A stretch of DNA of 40,257 nt from Fidelibacterota bacterium (GTDB lineage: Bacteria; Fidelibacterota; Marinisomatia; Marinisomatales; UBA2128). The notes under the pieces were generated by a model. It searched no databases. It saw only the letters and a list, made by a program, of their open reading frames with translations, and had not been told where the DNA came from. Shown here piece after piece: positions 35,907 to 40,257 of this stretch. A program made the translations under genes and the position numbers. The first letter of the stretch is position 1. Each line of letters begins with the position of its first letter. The stretch is from positions 1-40,257 of the forward strand of contig JBHHUM010000015.1 of NCBI GenBank assembly GCA_046861645.1, written 5' to 3'.

Positions 35907-37748
35907 ATGTCCAATAAGTCCAAGCCTGTAGTAAACGTTGTAATCCGCTTTGCTGGTGATTCTGGTGATGGGATGCAACTTATGGGTGATCGTTTTACCG
36001 CCACTACTGCCATGGTAGGAAATGATCTGGGGACATTTCCCGATTACCCGGCGGAAATTCGTGCACCTGCTGGCTCTTTGGCTGGTGTCAGCGCCTTTCA
36101 AATTCAGTTTTCCAGCCAGGATATTTTTACTCCTGGTGATTGGGTGGACGTCCTGGTTGCAATGAATCCCGCAGCCCTCAAAATGCATATTCAGGATCTC
36201 CGCCCGGGAGGAACTCTAATAGCCAACAAATCTAATTTTCAACCGAAAAACCTCAAACTGGCCGGTTATAAATCTGACCCCCTGACTGACAGTTCCTTGA
36301 GTGGTTACAAGGTCTTGGATATTGAAATTACGGGCTTGGTATTTAAAGCTCTTGAGGACATGAGACTCCCCTCAAAAACAGTGGAACGAACAAAAAATAT
36401 GTTTGCTTTAGGTTTAACATTCTGGATGTACGGACGCCCTCTAGAACCGACGATTAAGTGGTTGGGTATTAAATTCAAAAAAAGGCCTGAATTAGTGGAA
36501 GCAAACGTCCGGGCTCTTAAAGCCGGTTTTCATTTTGGAGACATCTCAGAAGTATTCCCCGATAGCTATCGGGTGGCTCCTGCTCCCATGGCCAAAGGAA
36601 CGTATCGTAATATCACTGGTAACCATGCCCTGGGTCTTGGACTGTTGACTGCCGCCGAAAAGTCCGGATTGCCCCTTTTCTTTGGGGGATATCCCATTAC
36701 ACCAGCCAGTGAAATCCTACATCAACTCTCACTCTATAGAAATTTTGGTGTGCGCACATTCCAGGCAGAGGATGAGATAGCCAGCATTGGAGCTAGTATT
36801 GGCGCAGCTTTTGCCGGGAGTCTGGCTGTTACTGCTTCCTCAGGACCGGGAATTGCCCTGAAAAGTGAAGCTATGGGCTTGGCGGTTATCACAGAGTTAC
36901 CACTGGTGATCATCAATATTCAACGAGCTGGGCCCAGTACTGGAATGCCGACGAAAACTGAACAGGGCGATCTATTCCAGGTTATTTTCGGTCGAAATGG
37001 TGAATCTCCTATTCCAGTTATTTCAGCCATTTCTCCTAGTGACTGTTTTTATGTTGCTTACGAAGCCTGCCGGGTGGCTTTAAAATATATGACTCCTATT
37101 ATTGTACTTTCCGATGCTTATCTGGCCAGTGGTTCAGAGCCCTGGCTTCTACCAAACCTATCAGAACTTGATAGTATTGAGGTGGAATTTGCCCGGAGTG
37201 ATAATAACTCTTTTCATCCCTATTTACGTAATAATAAGACTCTAGCTCGTCCCTGGGCAATTCCCGGTACTCCCGGCTTGGAGCATAGGATAGGAGGGTT
37301 GGAGAAAGAGGATTTTACAGGTAACGTTAGTTATGATCCGGAAAATCATCAGAAAATGGTAGAGTTGCGAGAGGCAAAGATTTCAGGAATAACACGTGAG
37401 ATGACTCCTACCGAACTCTATGGAGACACCACGGGGGATCTGCTTATTTTGGGTTGGGGTAGTACTTATGGTTCCATACGAACTGCCGTAAAGCGTTTAC
37501 AGGAAGAAGGTAAATCAGTATCACATGCTCATGTCAGATGGGTAAATCCGCTACCTTTGGATTTAGGTGAAATGGTGCTTCGCTATCAGCAGGTGCTTAT
37601 TCCAGAGCTCAATCGTGGGCAGTTCCTGAAACTAATCAGAGCTGAGTATCTTGTAGATGCTAAAGGTATGAACGTAATCCGCGGGAAGCCTATTCGTGCG
37701 TATCGTATCGAAGATGCTGCCAACGAAATGTTGGAGTCAAGCAGATGA
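35907..37748 (+). CDS. korA: 2-oxoacid:ferredoxin oxidoreductase subunit alpha (gamma-alpha fusion)
   Basis: IRFAGDSGDGMQL, YPITPAS, QAEDEIA and QRAGPSTGMPTK. Substrate not determinable from sequence alone. Confidence 0.9.
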   Translation: MSNKSKPVVNVVIRFAGDSGDGMQLMGDRFTATTAMVGNDLGTFPDYPAEIRAPAGSLAGVSAFQIQFSSQDIFTPGDWVDVLVAMNPAALKMHIQDLRPGGTLIANKSNFQPKNLKLAGYKSDPLTDSSLSGYKVLDIEITGLVFKALEDMRLPSKTVERTKNMFALGLTFWMYGRPLEPTIKWLGIKFKKRPELVEANVRALKAGFHFGDISEVFPDSYRVAPAPMAKGTYRNITGNHALGLGLLTAAEKSGLPLFFGGYPITPASEILHQLSLYRNFGVRTFQAEDEIASIGASIGAAFAGSLAVTASSGPGIALKSEAMGLAVITELPLVIINIQRAGPSTGMPTKTEQGDLFQVIFGRNGESPIPVISAISPSDCFYVAYEACRVALKYMTPIIVLSDAYLASGSEPWLLPNLSELDSIEVEFARSDNNSFHPYLRNNKTLARPWAIPGTPGLEHRIGGLEKEDFTGNVSYDPENHQKMVELREAKISGITREMTPTELYGDTTGDLLILGWGSTYGSIRTAVKRLQEEGKSVSHAHVRWVNPLPLDLGEMVLRYQQVLIPELNRGQFLKLIRAEYLVDAKGMNVIRGKPIRAYRIEDAANEMLESSR

Positions 37749-38761
37749 GTAGAGAGACAGAACCGAAGCTGAAACGTCAGAATTTTATATCGGATCAGGA
37801 TGTTCGCTGGTGTCCGGGATGTGGTGATTATTCCATTTTAGCCCAGACACAGAAAAGTCTGCCGGATCTGGGAATTCCCAAGGAAAACTTTGTTTTTATC
37901 TCAGGCATTGGTTGTTCCAGTCGGTTTCCCTATTATATAAATACTTTTGGATTCCATACCATTCACGGAAGAGCACCTACCATCGCCTCAGGTGTAAAAT
38001 TGGCTAGACCCGACCTGTCTGTGTGGGTAATTACTGGTGATGGTGATTCTCTCAGCATAGGCGGTAACCATTTCATCCATGTTTTAAGGCGGAATATTGA
38101 TCTGAATATTGTTCTTTTTAACAACCGCATCTATGGATTAACAAAAGGGCAATATTCCCCCACATCTGAACTGGGGAAAGTAACCAAGTCCACACCCTTT
38201 GGCTCACTGGACACACCATTTAATCCTCCTGCAGTGGCACTGGGAGCTCAGGCCTCATTTGTTGCCCGATCTATTGACCGCTATCCGAGTCACATGCAAA
38301 AGTTGCTGGAACGAGCCCATGGGCATAAGGGAGCGTCGTTTCTGGAGGTTTATCAGAACTGTCTTATTTTCAACGATGGCGCTTTCTTAAGCCTTACTGA
38401 TAGAGAGACGAAAGGTGATCATGTTTTAGAACTGGAGGATGGCAAACCGATGATTTTCGGTAAAGAGAAGGATAAAGGGATCCGTCTTGATGGTTTTAAA
38501 CCTGAGGTAGTCAATATTAATGGCGATTATTCTGTGGATGATATCCTGGTTCACGATGAAACGGATAAGAACAGTGCCGATATCCTGACTAATTTTACCT
38601 ATGATACCAAGTTTCCCACTCCCATAGGTGTTTTATATGTTGAAGATCGTTCCACGTATGAAGAAAAACTCGATCAGCAGATTAAGGTTGCCAAGGAGCA
38701 ATTAGGAGAGGGCAACCTGGAGGAACTCATTAGAGGAGTGGACACATGGGAGGTCGAATAA
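37745..38761 (+). CDS. korB: 2-oxoacid:ferredoxin oxidoreductase subunit beta
   Basis: WCPGCGD, SGIGCS, GDGD and NN..YGLTKGQ.SPT. Confidence 0.9.
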   Translation: MSRETEPKLKRQNFISDQDVRWCPGCGDYSILAQTQKSLPDLGIPKENFVFISGIGCSSRFPYYINTFGFHTIHGRAPTIASGVKLARPDLSVWVITGDGDSLSIGGNHFIHVLRRNIDLNIVLFNNRIYGLTKGQYSPTSELGKVTKSTPFGSLDTPFNPPAVALGAQASFVARSIDRYPSHMQKLLERAHGHKGASFLEVYQNCLIFNDGAFLSLTDRETKGDHVLELEDGKPMIFGKEKDKGIRLDGFKPEVVNINGDYSVDDILVHDETDKNSADILTNFTYDTKFPTPIGVLYVEDRSTYEEKLDQQIKVAKEQLGEGNLEELIRGVDTWEVE

Positions 38762-38798
38762 ACTGATGTACCGGAACTTATCCTGATTGGAGGTGATG

Positions 38799-39686
38799 AT
38801 GGAGTTCCAGCTTAACGAGAAAATGCTTCAGGATGCTGTAGTGGAGTTGATCCGGCGTGCATCAACCCAGTTACCATCAGATGTAATTACGGCTATGGAA
38901 ATGGGTCGTGACAGTGAGGAGGAAGGGAGTCCGGCTCAGTCGGTCCTTAAGCTCATGCTGGAAAATGTCCAGATGGCTCGGGAGGATGAAACTCCCATCT
39001 GCCAGGACACGGGAACAAACATCTACTATGTCACAGTTCCGGAGGGTGTTTCTCTGAGGAAAGTGGAGAGGGCTATTATTGAAGCTTCAAAAACAGCTAC
39101 CGAAAAGGCTTATCTGCGCCCCAACATGGTCGACTCGATAACGGGTGAGAACACCGGTGACAATACTGGAATCATGTCACCCTTCATTCATTTCGAAGAG
39201 TGGGATGAGCCGAAAATAAGGATTCAACTGGCTTTGAAGGGTGGAGGCAGTGAAAATGTATCGGCCCAGTACAAACTACCCGACAACAGGTTAAAAGCGG
39301 GTCGTGATCTGGACGGTGTCTATAAATGTGTGATTGATGCTGTCAATGAGGCTCAAGGGTTGGGATGTGCTCCCGGAATGATCGGTTTAGGCATTGGAGG
39401 TGATCGAGCAACCGGGATGATTATTGCCAAGAAACAGATCTTCCGGAAAATTGATGATACTAATCCTGATCCTGAGTTGGCGAAACTTGAGGAAAGGCTA
39501 TACGATGATCTGAATAAACTGGGGATCGGCCCCATGGGATTTGGAGGAAATACTACCGTACTTGGGGTAAAGGTTGGTGCTGCTCATCGACTGCCGGCAT
39601 CATTCTTTGTTTCTATCGCCTACATGTGCTGGGCAGATCGCCATGCTGCCATGAATATCAGTGAAGAGGAGGTAAGCTATGATTAA
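38799..39686 (+). CDS. class I fumarate hydratase / tartrate dehydratase-type, alpha subunit
   Basis: PICQDTG, KGGGSEN, GIGPMG.GG and CWADR; SD GGAGG at 38789-93 favours ATG 38799. Confidence 0.9.
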   Translation: MEFQLNEKMLQDAVVELIRRASTQLPSDVITAMEMGRDSEEEGSPAQSVLKLMLENVQMAREDETPICQDTGTNIYYVTVPEGVSLRKVERAIIEASKTATEKAYLRPNMVDSITGENTGDNTGIMSPFIHFEEWDEPKIRIQLALKGGGSENVSAQYKLPDNRLKAGRDLDGVYKCVIDAVNEAQGLGCAPGMIGLGIGGDRATGMIIAKKQIFRKIDDTNPDPELAKLEERLYDDLNKLGIGPMGFGGNTTVLGVKVGAAHRLPASFFVSIAYMCWADRHAAMNISEEEVSYD

Positions 39687-40257
39687 GCTTCAGCTTCCTG
39701 TCAGCGAAGAAGAAGTACGTAAACTGAAGGTGGGCGATGAAGTCAGCCTGAATGGGATCATGGTTCTTGGGCGCGATAACGCCCATGCTTGGATGCACAA
39801 AGAGAAGCCGGACGAGATTCGAGACCTTCTGAAGGGTACGGTGATTTATCATTGCGGACCGGTGGTGAAGAAAGTGGATGATGAATGGGTCTTTGTAGCA
39901 GCAGGTCCAACGACCTCAATCCGTGAAGAGCCGTATCAGGGAGATGTACTTAAGGAATATGGTCTTCGTGGTGTGATAGGCAAAGGGGGGATGGGAGAAA
40001 AAACATTGGCTGCACTGAAAGAACACGGTGCTGTCTATCTGCACGCTATAGGAGGTACCGCCGCTCTGTTGGCGAAATCCGTCGTGAAAGTCCATGATGT
40101 GCTGAAACTGGAAGAGTTTGGTATTCCGGAAGCGATGTGGGTGATTGAAGTAAAAGATTTCCCCACAGTAGTAACGATGGACAGTCATGGACAATCCCTC
40201 CATACTGAAATAAAAGGTAAATCAAACATCGTTGCTGATAAGTTGATCGGTGGTTGA
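39679..40257 (+). CDS. class I fumarate hydratase / tartrate dehydratase-type, beta subunit
   Basis: RDNAH, YHCGPVV, AGPTTS.R, IGKGGM and MDSHG; stop codon at the window end. Confidence 0.9.
   Translation: MIKLQLPVSEEEVRKLKVGDEVSLNGIMVLGRDNAHAWMHKEKPDEIRDLLKGTVIYHCGPVVKKVDDEWVFVAAGPTTSIREEPYQGDVLKEYGLRGVIGKGGMGEKTLAALKEHGAVYLHAIGGTAALLAKSVVKVHDVLKLEEFGIPEAMWVIEVKDFPTVVTMDSHGQSLHTEIKGKSNIVADKLIGG

Overview
Bacterial chromosomal window. The gene content (T9SS/FlgD-type sorting domain, Asp-rich TonB receptor, DUF3467, DUF2480, DUF5916) suggests an FCB-group organism, possibly Marinimicrobia-like; this taxonomy is inference. In order: a Zn-ribbon acidic protein and DUF3467; a metal-uptake operon (outer-membrane barrel, ZnuA-like binding protein, permease, no ATPase) headed by a secreted His/Cys leader ending in the arrest motif RAPP and followed by a long hairpin; a T9SS cargo plus TonB receptor pair; etfB-etfA with a membrane Fe-S oxidoreductase; a CBM9-DUF5916 protein; dCMP deaminase; a small pseudogene; an extended suf cluster with an Rrf2 regulator and three related palindromic sites; a selenocysteine-containing selD whose true start the ORF track missed; a ~6.4-kb cassette (family 5 binding lipoprotein, histidine kinase, response regulator, two exported proteins) flanked by 202-bp direct repeats of the selD 5' region; membrane proteins; korAB; and a two-subunit fumarate hydratase. 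The most notable observations are (1) the duplicated selD 5' end, which keeps the UGA and candidate SECIS as a 62-codon ORF ending just before the cassette and may be a selenium-sensing leader or an integration scar, (2) the RAPP arrest-peptide system in front of the Zn/Mn importer, and (3) the operator/promoter architecture of the suf cluster. All calls come from reading the sequence and recalling protein families; no database searches were run.
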